Positions 7,225 through 15,383 of a stretch of DNA of 40,943 nucleotides are shown here, piece by piece (within the stretch, counting starts at the first letter, position 1; each line of letters begins with the position of its first letter). Both the position numbers and the translations under genes were made by a program. The stretch lies in IMG/VR virus record IMGVR_UViG_3300044259_000093, positions 1 through 40,943 of that record; one strand, written 5' to 3'. The notes beneath the pieces are model-generated. The model was not told where the DNA came from and ran no database searches. It was given only the letters and a program-made list of their open reading frames with translations. The stretch comes from a virus. Lineage: Duplodnaviria > Caudoviricetes.

Positions 7225-8772
7225 ATGGCAGCCAAATTACACCCGTTGATCGGCCCGGACGAGCGCGAGAAGCTGGCGGCGCTGGCCGCTGGTGAAATCT
7301 CGCTTGACGTACCGAAAGCGGCCCACGCAAAACTTTCGCCCAGCAGCGCGCACCGCTGGATGGCGTGCGCCGGCTCGCTGGCGATGGAGGCGCCGCTGCC
7401 CGACAAGGGTAGCGACTTCGCCGCCGAGGGCACGCTGGCGCACGACTTGGCGGCGCGCTGCCTCACCGGCGAGCACGACGCGGCTTTCTTCGTCGGCCCC
7501 AACTACGAGTACGAAGACCACGGCGAAACGAAGACCGCCGAGATCACCGCCGATATGGCGCGCGACGTGCAGAAGTACGTCAACCACGTCCGGCAGTATG
7601 CGGACGGCGGCGAGCTGCACGTCGAGCAACGGCTGCCATTCTTTGTCGGCGAGATCCCCGACCAGTTCGGCACCAGCGATGCGGTGATCGTGCAGGCCGA
7701 CCAGCGCGAGCTGATCGTCATGGACCTGAAGTTCGGGCGCGGCGTGCAGGTCGATGCCGAGCGGAACGAGCAGCTGATGCTCTACGCCATCGGCGCGCTG
7801 GACGAGTTCGGGCTGCTGTACGAGTTCGATACCGTGCTGCTGGTGATCGACCAGCCGCGCCTAGACCACCTGTCCGAGTGGCGGGTGTCGGTGGACGAGC
7901 TGCGCGAGTTCGAGCAGCGAGCGCTGATCAAAGCGAAAATGGCTTTGAAAAAGGTCGGCGGCGAGCGCACGCCAGACCAGCTTATGCTCGATGGTGCGCT
8001 GACACCCGGCGAAGACCAGTGCCGTTTCTGCAAGGCGAAGGGCAGCTGCCCGGCACTGCGCGACAAGGTGTTGTCTGCGATCTACGACGACTTTATGTCG
8101 CTTGAGTTGGAAGGTAAGCAGGTACTTGAGCATCTGATCGAACTTGGCAAGGGCGAGGTGGCCGTGTCGATCAGCGACGCCGAGAAAGTGCTGGCAGCGG
8201 CCTACGGCGTGGCGCCGAAGGCGGTGGACTTCGTAGAGCACCAGGAGACGGAAAGCCTCTTCGTACCTGAGCACTTCATCGTCAAGAAACCAACCCTTCG
8301 CCCCGTGCTCGATGGCGCCGAGCAGCGCGCCGCCGCGCTGGAAGACCAGCACCTGGCCGTCTGCATGGACAGCTTGGATCTGGTGGAGGGCTGGTGCAAG
8401 GCGGTGCGCGCCGAGGTCGAGCGCCGTTTGCTGGCAGGCAGCACCGTGCCCGGCTACAAGCTGGTGCAGGGCAAACAGGGCAACCGCCAGTGGACGGCCG
8501 AGGACGATGCGCGCGTCGCGCTGAAATCCTTCCGCTTGAAGGTGGAGGAAATGCACGACCTGTCGCTGATCAGCCCGACCACGGCCGAGAAGCTGCGCGA
8601 TGCCGGCCGCATTGGCGAGCGCCAGTGGAAGAAGCTGGAGGCGATCATCACCCGCAGCGACGGCAAGCCGTCCGTGGCGCCAGCCAGTGACAAGCGGCCA
8701 GCACTGCCGCCGAAGTTCAACACCGATGATTTTGACCCGGTAGACGCCGACGATTGCTCGGATCTGCTTTAA
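7225..8772 (+). CDS. DUF2800-family PD-(D/E)XK exonuclease
   Basis: [51 protein letters not shown]. Confidence 0.9.
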   Translation: MAAKLHPLIGPDEREKLAALAAGEISLDVPKAAHAKLSPSSAHRWMACAGSLAMEAPLPDKGSDFAAEGTLAHDLAARCLTGEHDAAFFVGPNYEYEDHGETKTAEITADMARDVQKYVNHVRQYADGGELHVEQRLPFFVGEIPDQFGTSDAVIVQADQRELIVMDLKFGRGVQVDAERNEQLMLYAIGALDEFGLLYEFDTVLLVIDQPRLDHLSEWRVSVDELREFEQRALIKAKMALKKVGGERTPDQLMLDGALTPGEDQCRFCKAKGSCPALRDKVLSAIYDDFMSLELEGKQVLEHLIELGKGEVAVSISDAEKVLAAAYGVAPKAVDFVEHQETESLFVPEHFIVKKPTLRPVLDGAEQRAAALEDQHLAVCMDSLDLVEGWCKAVRAEVERRLLAGSTVPGYKLVQGKQGNRQWTAEDDARVALKSFRLKVEEMHDLSLISPTTAEKLRDAGRIGERQWKKLEAIITRSDGKPSVAPASDKRPALPPKFNTDDFDPVDADDCSDLL

Positions 8773-8798
8773 TTGAAGTACAACCCATAGAGGAAATT

Positions 8799-9359
8799 AT
8801 GAAATTCAAATTGCAAAACGTCCGCGCCGCATTCCTGCAGGTATTCACCGCCAAGGCCGTCAACGGCGAGGGCGACCCGGCCTTCGGCTGCTCGTTCCTG
8901 CTGGGCCCGAAAGACCCCCAGGTAAAAGCGCTCGAAGCCGCGTGCATGCAGGTGGCCAAGGAAAAGTGGGGCGCCAAGGCCGACCAGGTGTTTAAGCAGA
9001 TGAAGGCCGGCGACAAGCTGTGCCTGCATGACGGCGACACCAAGGCCCAGTACGAGGGCTTCGAGGGCATGATGTTCGTGTCCACCCGCACCAAAACCCG
9101 CCCGCTGACGCTGAACCGCGACAAGACCCCGGTGACGGAGAGCGACGGCGTGCTGTACAGCGGTTGCTACGTCAATGCGTCGATCGAGCTGTGGGCGCAG
9201 GATAACCAGTTCGGCAAGCGCATCAACGCCCAGCTGGGCGGTGTGCAGTTTGTCCGCGACGGCGACGCGTTCTCGGGTGGCGGCAGCGCGGCCGACGAGG
9301 ACGACTTCGACGACCTGGGCGAAGGTGCCGACGCGGACGACGATCTGCTGGGTGATTGA
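8799..9359 (+). CDS. ssDNA-binding protein (DUF2815 family)
   Basis: GAGG SD; LHDGD, YSGCYVNASI, GVQFVRDGDAFSGG; acidic C-terminal tail. Confidence 0.9.
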   Translation: MKFKLQNVRAAFLQVFTAKAVNGEGDPAFGCSFLLGPKDPQVKALEAACMQVAKEKWGAKADQVFKQMKAGDKLCLHDGDTKAQYEGFEGMMFVSTRTKTRPLTLNRDKTPVTESDGVLYSGCYVNASIELWAQDNQFGKRINAQLGGVQFVRDGDAFSGGGSAADEDDFDDLGEGADADDDLLGD

Positions 9360-9365
9360 TTAACC

Positions 9366-9392
9366 ATGCCCGGCTGCGGCCGGGCGTTTTCT
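9366..9392 (+). terminator. intrinsic terminator after SSB
   Basis: GCCCGGC-TGCG-GCCGGGC followed by GTTTTCT. Confidence 0.6.
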
Positions 9393-9402
9393 GGAGACTA
9401 GG

Positions 9403-9999
9403 ATGCAAGTTACGATCAACATGTCGCACCTGAAGGCGGCGTACCAATTCACCGCAGACGCTGACATCCGGTATTACCTGCGCGGGGTCTTCGCAGAGGT
9501 GCGCGCCACCGAGACGCGTCTGGTAGCCACTGACGGCAATATTGCCGGTGTGCTGCGCGACGTATGCGTGCTGGGCGACCAGGACGTGCTGCCGGACGTC
9601 ATTATCCCGAACGACACGGTGAAGCTGGCGCTGAAGCTGGCGCTGACACTGAAGACGCAAACGCTCTCACTGGCCCTGATCGACGGCAAGTGGTCGCTGG
9701 GAGGCATTGCCTTCACCCCGGTGGATGGTATTTTCCCGCCCTACCGTAGAATCATCCCGCGCCAGCATAGCGGCGAGGCGGCGCAGTTCAACGTCGAGTT
9801 TCTGGGGCGCTTCCTGAAGGCCGCCAAAGCGCTCGGCGTCAAGAGCCAGCCTATCATCCGCCACAACGGCGACGGCGGTGCGCAAGTCCAGTTCTACGGC
9901 CGGGATGACGAATTCGTCGGCGTTATCATGCCGCTGCGGGCGTTCAGCGAGAAGCACCCGGATACTGGCCTGGTGCAGTGGGGCCATGAGCACGTATAG
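9403..9999 (+). CDS. DNA sliding clamp (Pol III beta)-like protein, short form
   Basis: DIRYYLRGV, LVATDG, DGIFPPYRRIIP, FNVEFL, GVIMPLR. Confidence 0.8.
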   Translation: MQVTINMSHLKAAYQFTADADIRYYLRGVFAEVRATETRLVATDGNIAGVLRDVCVLGDQDVLPDVIIPNDTVKLALKLALTLKTQTLSLALIDGKWSLGGIAFTPVDGIFPPYRRIIPRQHSGEAAQFNVEFLGRFLKAAKALGVKSQPIIRHNGDGGAQVQFYGRDDEFVGVIMPLRAFSEKHPDTGLVQWGHEHV

Positions 10000-10306
10000 C
10001 GTAAGGTGCCGCAACTCGCAGTGCCGCCACCGCCGCGTCTCCAGCACCCACCCGGACGACTACAAGGTGGTGCCGCGCTGCCCGGTGTGCGGCAACCGCA
10101 AGGGGTGGCGGATCGAGGGCCGGCAGTACAACAAGCGCGGGCTGTGCCACTGCAACGGGCCGGATATGGTCAGCGGCAAGCACTTCCCGCACCGCGTCAC
10201 CCACCCGCTGTGCGACCAGCACCCGCACGGCTTTTACAACCAGGCGCGCGCCCAGGGCGTTGCGCACGACGACATACCGAAGGAGTATTGGCCGTGTGGA
10301 AAGTAG
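9986..10306 (+). CDS. Cys/His-rich putative zinc-binding protein
   Basis: CRNSQC, CPVCG, CHC, HR...LC; ATG 9986 overlaps the clamp gene. Confidence 0.7.
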   Translation: MSTYSVRCRNSQCRHRRVSSTHPDDYKVVPRCPVCGNRKGWRIEGRQYNKRGLCHCNGPDMVSGKHFPHRVTHPLCDQHPHGFYNQARAQGVAHDDIPKEYWPCGK

Positions 10307-10455
10307 GAATGAAAGTTAAACATGCCCATTGCGGGAAAAAGGGGCGCGTCGTCGCTATTGCGTATTTTGTTGAGGGCCGCCCATCCTTGCGCGTAAAGTT
10401 TAAAGGCCTCCCGGCCGCATGGTTTTGGCCGGGGATGCTAAATGCAAAAGCGTAA
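10294..10455 (+). CDS. small hypothetical protein (53 aa, SH3/KOW-like)
   Basis: AGGAG SD 10281-10285 then GTG; WKVGMKVKH...GKKGRVV. Confidence 0.55.
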   Translation: MWKVGMKVKHAHCGKKGRVVAIAYFVEGRPSLRVKFKGLPAAWFWPGMLNAKA

Positions 10456-10825
10456 AGCCGGATCGTTCGGCGCCCGCGCCTGCCGCGCGCTGCGGGTCCG
10501 GCTGCTCACCCACGGCCGCGAGTCGCTGCCGCCGTCCTTCGCCGCGTCGAACTGGATTGTGCAGCGCATCCTGGCGACGCCGGTGTGGGCCGACTTCGAC
10601 GAGATCCGCAAGGTGTACGCCCAGGCCGAGCGCTTGAGCATCGCCACCGGCGTGCTGCACAACGTCGATCACGTCATACCGTTGAACCACCCGCGCGTGT
10701 GCGGCTTGCACGTCGCGGCGAACTTGCGGGCCATACCCGCGAAACCGAATATGTCGAAATCTAACCACTGGTGCCCGGAGCAACTGGAGCTGTTCACGGT
10801 GCCCGAACAATTGAGGTTGCTGTGA
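10442..10825 (+). CDS. HNH endonuclease
   Basis: ATPVWAD...HNVDHVIPL...VCGLHVAANLRAIPAKPNMSKSN. Confidence 0.85.
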   Translation: MQKRKAGSFGARACRALRVRLLTHGRESLPPSFAASNWIVQRILATPVWADFDEIRKVYAQAERLSIATGVLHNVDHVIPLNHPRVCGLHVAANLRAIPAKPNMSKSNHWCPEQLELFTVPEQLRLL

Positions 10826-11856
10826 GCGCCTACTACAACGAGATTGACCCCTACGCAGCGGAGTGGCTGCAAAACCTGATCCTGCTGGGCGTCATCGCGC
10901 CCGGCGATGTTGACACAAGGAGTATTGTCGATGTTCGACCCGATGACCTGCGCGGATACACCCAATGCCACTTCTTCGCCGGAATCGGCGTGTGGTCCTA
11001 CGCTTTACGACTTGCTGGTTGGTCCGACGATCGAGCTATCTGGACAGCCAGTTGCCCGTGCCAGCCTTTCAGCGCGGCAGGTGCAGGAGGCGGGTTCGCT
11101 GACGAGCGGCACCTTTGGCCGTTCTTTCACCACCTCGTCGCAGAGTGCCGCCCTGCAGTCCTTGCTGGAGAGCAGGTTGCAAGCAAAGACGCGGACCCTT
11201 GGCTCGACCTTGTACAAGATGACCTGGAAGCCCTGGATTATGCCTTCGGGGCGGTCGCGTTCCCGTCTGCGGGCGTCGGTGCTCCGCACATCCGGGACCG
11301 AACTTACTGGACCGCACACCGGGTGGCCGACGCCGAAAGCGTGCGACGTCAAAGGCAACGTGTACGAACAGGCGGAGGACTGCCGGCGTTCGGAACTGCG
11401 GATATCGGCGGCGCTGGCGGGCTGGGTCACGCCCACCACCACCAGGGACTGGAAGGATTCGGGCGCGGACATCAAGCCCAGGGCGGACGGGTCGGAGCGG
11501 TTCGACCAGCTGCCGCGCCAGGCGAATCTGGCAGGCTGGCCGACACCCAGTGCGCACGAGTTCGCGGGCAATCCGGGAGTGAGCATAGCGCGCAAGCAGG
11601 CCCTCGGGATCGGCAACACGTGCACGATTCTGTCGCAGGTGGCGACCCTGTGCGGCCCGGCCCGACTAACGGTTTCTGGCGTGATGCTGACTGGCTCGGA
11701 TGCCGGGATGGAAAGTGGCGGCCAGTTGAACCCGGCACATTCCCGCTGGCTCATGGGGCTGCCAGCCGAGTGGGACGCCTGCGCGCCTACGGCAACGCCA
11801 TCAACGCGCAAGCGGCCAAAGCCTTCTGCGAAATCCTGATGGAGTGCGCACCATGA
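10822..11856 (+). CDS. C5-cytosine DNA methyltransferase, main (alpha-like) subunit
   Basis: GTGA coupling; FFAGIG (motif I), SCPCQPFS (IV), GEQV (VI), HIRDR (VIII), YGNAI (X); motif IX absent from this frame. Confidence 0.88.
   Translation: MSAYYNEIDPYAAEWLQNLILLGVIAPGDVDTRSIVDVRPDDLRGYTQCHFFAGIGVWSYALRLAGWSDDRAIWTASCPCQPFSAAGAGGGFADERHLWPFFHHLVAECRPAVLAGEQVASKDADPWLDLVQDDLEALDYAFGAVAFPSAGVGAPHIRDRTYWTAHRVADAESVRRQRQRVRTGGGLPAFGTADIGGAGGLGHAHHHQGLEGFGRGHQAQGGRVGAVRPAAAPGESGRLADTQCARVRGQSGSEHSAQAGPRDRQHVHDSVAGGDPVRPGPTNGFWRDADWLGCRDGKWRPVEPGTFPLAHGAASRVGRLRAYGNAINAQAAKAFCEILMECAP
10931..11839 (+). CDS. nested +1-frame methyltransferase subunit (TRD-like WxTP repeats plus motif IX)
   Basis: AAGGAG SD 10917-10922, 8 nt before ATG; ends GQLNPAHSRWLMGLPAEW (motif IX-like). 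Confidence 0.75.
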   Translation: MFDPMTCADTPNATSSPESACGPTLYDLLVGPTIELSGQPVARASLSARQVQEAGSLTSGTFGRSFTTSSQSAALQSLLESRLQAKTRTLGSTLYKMTWKPWIMPSGRSRSRLRASVLRTSGTELTGPHTGWPTPKACDVKGNVYEQAEDCRRSELRISAALAGWVTPTTTRDWKDSGADIKPRADGSERFDQLPRQANLAGWPTPSAHEFAGNPGVSIARKQALGIGNTCTILSQVATLCGPARLTVSGVMLTGSDAGMESGGQLNPAHSRWLMGLPAEWDACAPTATPSTRKRPKPSAKS

Positions 11857-14800
11857 CAAAGGTCTGGCTTGACGACGAAACTTTCTCCCCCACGCCGATC
11901 ACCAACGGCACGCACCGCTACGCCGAGAAAGTCGAAATCCTGATCCGCGCGCTGGCGCTGGACGACGGCGATATCCTCGTGCGCGACCTGACACCGGGCG
12001 GCGCCGACTGGCTGCTGGCGGGTGATGACCTGCTGTCGGCGCCGGCCGATTACGTGGGCGAGATCGACGCGGCGCTGCACAGCAGCGATTGCGAGGTGTG
12101 GGCACATAATTCGCACTTCGACAGGACCGTCGAGCGCCACGCCGGTTTGAACATCGACCGCGCGCGCTGGCGCGACACGATGGTGCAGGCAATGGCCCAC
12201 GGCCTGCCGGGCAAACTGGCCGAGCTGTGCGACGTGCTCAAGCTACCCACCGACCAGGCCAAGGACAAGGCCGGCAAAGCGCTGATCCAACTCTTTTGCA
12301 AACCTGTCCCCTTCAAGTTCCGCAAGCACGACGCGCTGCTGGAACCCAAGAAGGATTGGCAGGCGGCGAAGGCCGCCGCCGAAGCGCAGTGGGCCGGCCG
12401 CGCCACGCGCGAGACGCACCCGGCCGAGTGGCGCCAGTTCCTGCTGTACGCCGGCCGGGACATCGAGGCCACGCGCGCGGCCCACAAGAAAATGCCGATG
12501 TGGAATTACCGCGACGCCGAGCTGGCACTATGGCACCTCGACCAGCAGATCAACGACCGCGGCGTGTGCATTGACGTGGAACTGGCCGAGTGCGCGGTGA
12601 ACGCCGTCGACGCCGCCCAGGTGGTGCTCAAGGAGCGCACCCAGGAGATGACCGGCTACAACCCGGAGACGGGCGAGGGCGTGGAGTCGGCCACCAAGCG
12701 CGACAAGCTGCTGGAATACCTGCTGATGGAGTACGGCGTGGACCTGCCCGATATGCAGAAGGCGACGCTGGAGCGGCGCATTGCCGACCCCGACCTGCCG
12801 GAGGGCTTGAAGGAACTGCTACGCGTCCGGTTGCAGGCTTCCACCACCAGCACCAGCAAGTATCGCACGCTGATCAAGGGGGTGTCGTCGGACGGCCGCC
12901 TGCGCGGGCTGCTGCAGTTCTGCGGCGCCAGTCGCACCGGGCGGTGGGCCGGTCGCTTATGGCAGCCGCAGAATCTTCCAAGGCCAACCCTCAAGCAGTC
13001 GGTGATCGACGCCGGTATCGAAGCGCTCAAGGCCGGCTGCGCTGATCTGATGTTCGAGAACGTCATGGAGCTGACCAGCAGCGCGATCCGGGGCTGTGTG
13101 GTGGCGCCGCCCGGCAAGCAACTGGTGGTGGCCGACTTGTCCAACATCGAGGGGCGGGTGCTGGCTTGGCTGGCCGGCGAGCGCTGGAAGCTTCGCGCGT
13201 TCGCCGCCTATGACGCGGGCACCGGCCACGACCTGTACGCGCTGGCCTATGCCAAGTCATTCGGCGTCTCGCCCGAATCGGTCATGGCCGACAAGAAGGC
13301 CGGCGGCAACCAGCGCCAGGTCGGCAAGGTGCAGGAGCTGGCACTGGGCTACGAGGGCGGCGTGGGGGCGTTTCTGACGTTCGCGGCGGCCTATAACATC
13401 GATCTGGAGGAACTGGCGCGCTCGGCCATCAAGTCGATCCCCGGCAACGTCATCGGCCAGGCAAAGATCATGCTGGAGTGGCACCGCAAGAAGTTCAAGC
13501 GCTGCCCGGCCGCCGCCTACGGCCTGTCCGAACAGGCGTGGCTGATGTGCGAGTCGTTCAAACTGGCATGGCGTGACGCGCACCCCAACGTGGTGCAGTT
13601 GTGGCGCGATCTGGACGCGGCGGTGCGCGCGGCAATCACCCAGCCCGGCAGCACCCACGAGGTCGGCTTCCTGCGCGTGCGCAAGGACGGCGCCTGGCTG
13701 CGGATCATCCTGCCATCGGGCCGGTGCCTGTGCTATCCCGGCGCGGCGCTGGTGCCGGAAAAGCAGCTGCGCGGCAAGAAGAAAGCCGAGTTGGAGCAGG
13801 CGCTGGCAGACGGCGGCGAGGTGGAGCAGGACAGCGGCCGCACGGTGATCACTTACATGGGCATCAACCAGTACAGCCGGAAGTGGGAACGGATCACAAC
13901 ATATGGCGGCAAATTGGCCGAGAACTGTCTGGCCGGCGGCACCGAAGTATTGACCCGCACCGGATGGCAGCCGATAGAGCAAGTACATAGCGGCCTTGAA
14001 GTTTGGGACGGCGAGGAATGGGTATCGCACGACGGTTGCGTTTATAAAGGTAATCAGGTAGTATTTCCAACTTACGGCGTCCACATGACGGCGGATCATT
14101 TAGTATTGACTACGGAGGGCTGGAAAGATGCATCATCGTGCGCGGGATTTGACAGGGCAGAAGTTAGGCTACCTGGAAGCCATCCGCTATATAGGCTCGG
14201 AGAACGGACGCCGATCTATGTGGGAGGTGAAGTGTATCTGCGGAACGACGAAGCCAATGGTGGCATCGGAGTTCGTGAAACAGCAGAAGCGCGGCATAGT
14301 GGCCTCTTGCGGGTGCATGCGGCGGGCAACGATCGGCGCGCGCAACACCACCCATGGCATGAGCAGCCATCCGGCCTTTGCGGTGTGGCGCAGCATGAAC
14401 GATCGGTGCCACCTGCCGACGCACCAGGCGTACCACAACTACGGCGCGCGGGGCATCGCTGTGTGCAAGCGTTGGCGCGAATCGTTCGAGAACTTTTGGG
14501 CCGACATGGGGTCGACGTACCGCACCGGGGTATCGATCGAGCGCAAGAACAACGCGCGCGGCTACAGCCCGTCGAACTGCCGGTGGCAGTCGCGGCGACG
14601 GCAAGCGAACAACACCCGGCGCTCGCTGCTTATCGAAACACCAATGGGCAAGATCACGGCGGCGCAGGCGGCACGCCGGTACGGGATCGGGCTGTCGACG
14701 CTGTACTGGCGGCTGCACAACGGGTGGTCAGTGGCGCGCGCGTTGAACCTGTCTACGACCTCGTGAACTGCGGCCCGCGCAATCGCTTCGTGGTGCGCGG

Positions 14801-15062
14801 CAGCGACGGCCGCGCGCTGATCGTCCACAACTGCACCCAGGCCGTGGCCCGCGATGTGATGGCCGAGAACATGCCGGAGTGCGAGGTGCAGGGCTACGAG
14901 ATCGTGCTGTCGGTCCACGACGAGCTGCTGACGGAGACCGACATCGATCTGGACCACGACGCGGACGGGCTGGCCGCGGTCCTCGCCACCGTGCCGCACT
15001 GGGCGCCGGGCCTGCCGCTGGCCGCCGCCGGGTTTGAGGCGCAGCGATACAAAAAAGATTGA
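11853..15062 (+). CDS. family A DNA polymerase, intein-containing precursor
   Basis: Exonuclease DDET, AHNSHFD, Y...D; RTGRWAG..QPQNLP; ADLSNIE; RQVGKVQELALGY; VHDE; ATGA coupling. Confidence 0.95.
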   Translation: MTKVWLDDETFSPTPITNGTHRYAEKVEILIRALALDDGDILVRDLTPGGADWLLAGDDLLSAPADYVGEIDAALHSSDCEVWAHNSHFDRTVERHAGLNIDRARWRDTMVQAMAHGLPGKLAELCDVLKLPTDQAKDKAGKALIQLFCKPVPFKFRKHDALLEPKKDWQAAKAAAEAQWAGRATRETHPAEWRQFLLYAGRDIEATRAAHKKMPMWNYRDAELALWHLDQQINDRGVCIDVELAECAVNAVDAAQVVLKERTQEMTGYNPETGEGVESATKRDKLLEYLLMEYGVDLPDMQKATLERRIADPDLPEGLKELLRVRLQASTTSTSKYRTLIKGVSSDGRLRGLLQFCGASRTGRWAGRLWQPQNLPRPTLKQSVIDAGIEALKAGCADLMFENVMELTSSAIRGCVVAPPGKQLVVADLSNIEGRVLAWLAGERWKLRAFAAYDAGTGHDLYALAYAKSFGVSPESVMADKKAGGNQRQVGKVQELALGYEGGVGAFLTFAAAYNIDLEELARSAIKSIPGNVIGQAKIMLEWHRKKFKRCPAAAYGLSEQAWLMCESFKLAWRDAHPNVVQLWRDLDAAVRAAITQPGSTHEVGFLRVRKDGAWLRIILPSGRCLCYPGAALVPEKQLRGKKKAELEQALADGGEVEQDSGRTVITYMGINQYSRKWERITTYGGKLAENCLAGGTEVLTRTGWQPIEQVHSGLEVWDGEEWVSHDGCVYKGNQVVFPTYGVHMTADHLVLTTEGWKDASSCAGFDRAEVRLPGSHPLYRLGERTPIYVGGEVYLRNDEANGGIGVRETAEARHSGLLRVHAAGNDRRAQHHPWHEQPSGLCGVAQHERSVPPADAPGVPQLRRAGHRCVQALARIVRELLGRHGVDVPHRGIDRAQEQRARLQPVELPVAVAATASEQHPALAAYRNTNGQDHGGAGGTPVRDRAVDAVLAAAQRVVSGARVEPVYDLVNCGPRNRFVVRGSDGRALIVHNCTQAVARDVMAENMPECEVQGYEIVLSVHDELLTETDIDLDHDADGLAAVLATVPHWAPGLPLAAAGFEAQRYKKD
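13926..14831 (+). mobile_element. intein (302 aa) in DNA polymerase
   Basis: KLAEN|CLAGGTEV (block A), MTADHLV (block B), VYDL (block F), IVHN|C (block G); removal restores GGKLAENCTQAVARD. Confidence 0.95.
14128..14766 (+). CDS. HNH homing-type endonuclease nested in the +1 frame of the intein
   Basis: GGAGGG SD 14114-14119; DLTGQKLG, W..KC.CG, SCGC, THGMS, W.SM..RC, YGARGI.VC.RW.SFENF..DMG, SIER.NN..GY.P.NCRW...Q.NN; C-terminal HTH-like region. Confidence 0.88.
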   Translation: MHHRARDLTGQKLGYLEAIRYIGSENGRRSMWEVKCICGTTKPMVASEFVKQQKRGIVASCGCMRRATIGARNTTHGMSSHPAFAVWRSMNDRCHLPTHQAYHNYGARGIAVCKRWRESFENFWADMGSTYRTGVSIERKNNARGYSPSNCRWQSRRRQANNTRRSLLIETPMGKITAAQAARRYGIGLSTLYWRLHNGWSVARALNLSTTS

Positions 15063-15087
15063 CACAAATTTTTACTTGTTATATAGT
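15059..15087 (+). promoter_or_regulatory. sigma70 promoter with operator in the spacer
   Basis: TTGACA-17 nt-TATAGT; CACAAATTTTTACTTGT at 15063-15079. Confidence 0.8.
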
Positions 15088-15133
15088 CTGTTCATGGGCG
15101 GCGCGTTGGGCGCTGCCCGAACCGGAGAAAACC

Positions 15134-15361
15134 ATGCTTACCTGGCTGTTTGGTACGAAGGAACAAAAATGCGCCTTGCGCGGGCATCCCGATGCTGTAG
15201 AAAACAGCCGTCGTTTTGTTCCAGAGCATCCTAAAAACGACGCGGATTTCGCTGTGGTGGAGATCGCGTACGAGTGCCCGCACTGCCACGCGCTGTTTTC
15301 TAAGACCCGGCTTTCTTTCCGGGGCGGTGTGCTCGCTTTCTTGCATCGCGGACGAGATTAA
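15134..15361 (+). CDS. hypothetical protein (75 aa, CPHC motif)
   Basis: GGAG SD; first gene after the promoter. Confidence 0.65.
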   Translation: MLTWLFGTKEQKCALRGHPDAVENSRRFVPEHPKNDADFAVVEIAYECPHCHALFSKTRLSFRGGVLAFLHRGRD

Positions 15362-15383
15362 CTTTACAAAACTGGAGAATAAA

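Noticed and set aside
7225-8772. Cas4-like nuclease as a sign of a CRISPR system
   Set aside because: It is the DUF2800 phage replication nuclease in its usual context with SSB and polymerase; no array or other cas genes are present.
13926-14831. Group I intron carrying the HNH
   Set aside because: The insertion is in frame (906 nt), with canonical intein termini (Cys...His-Asn, Cys+1) and blocks B and F.
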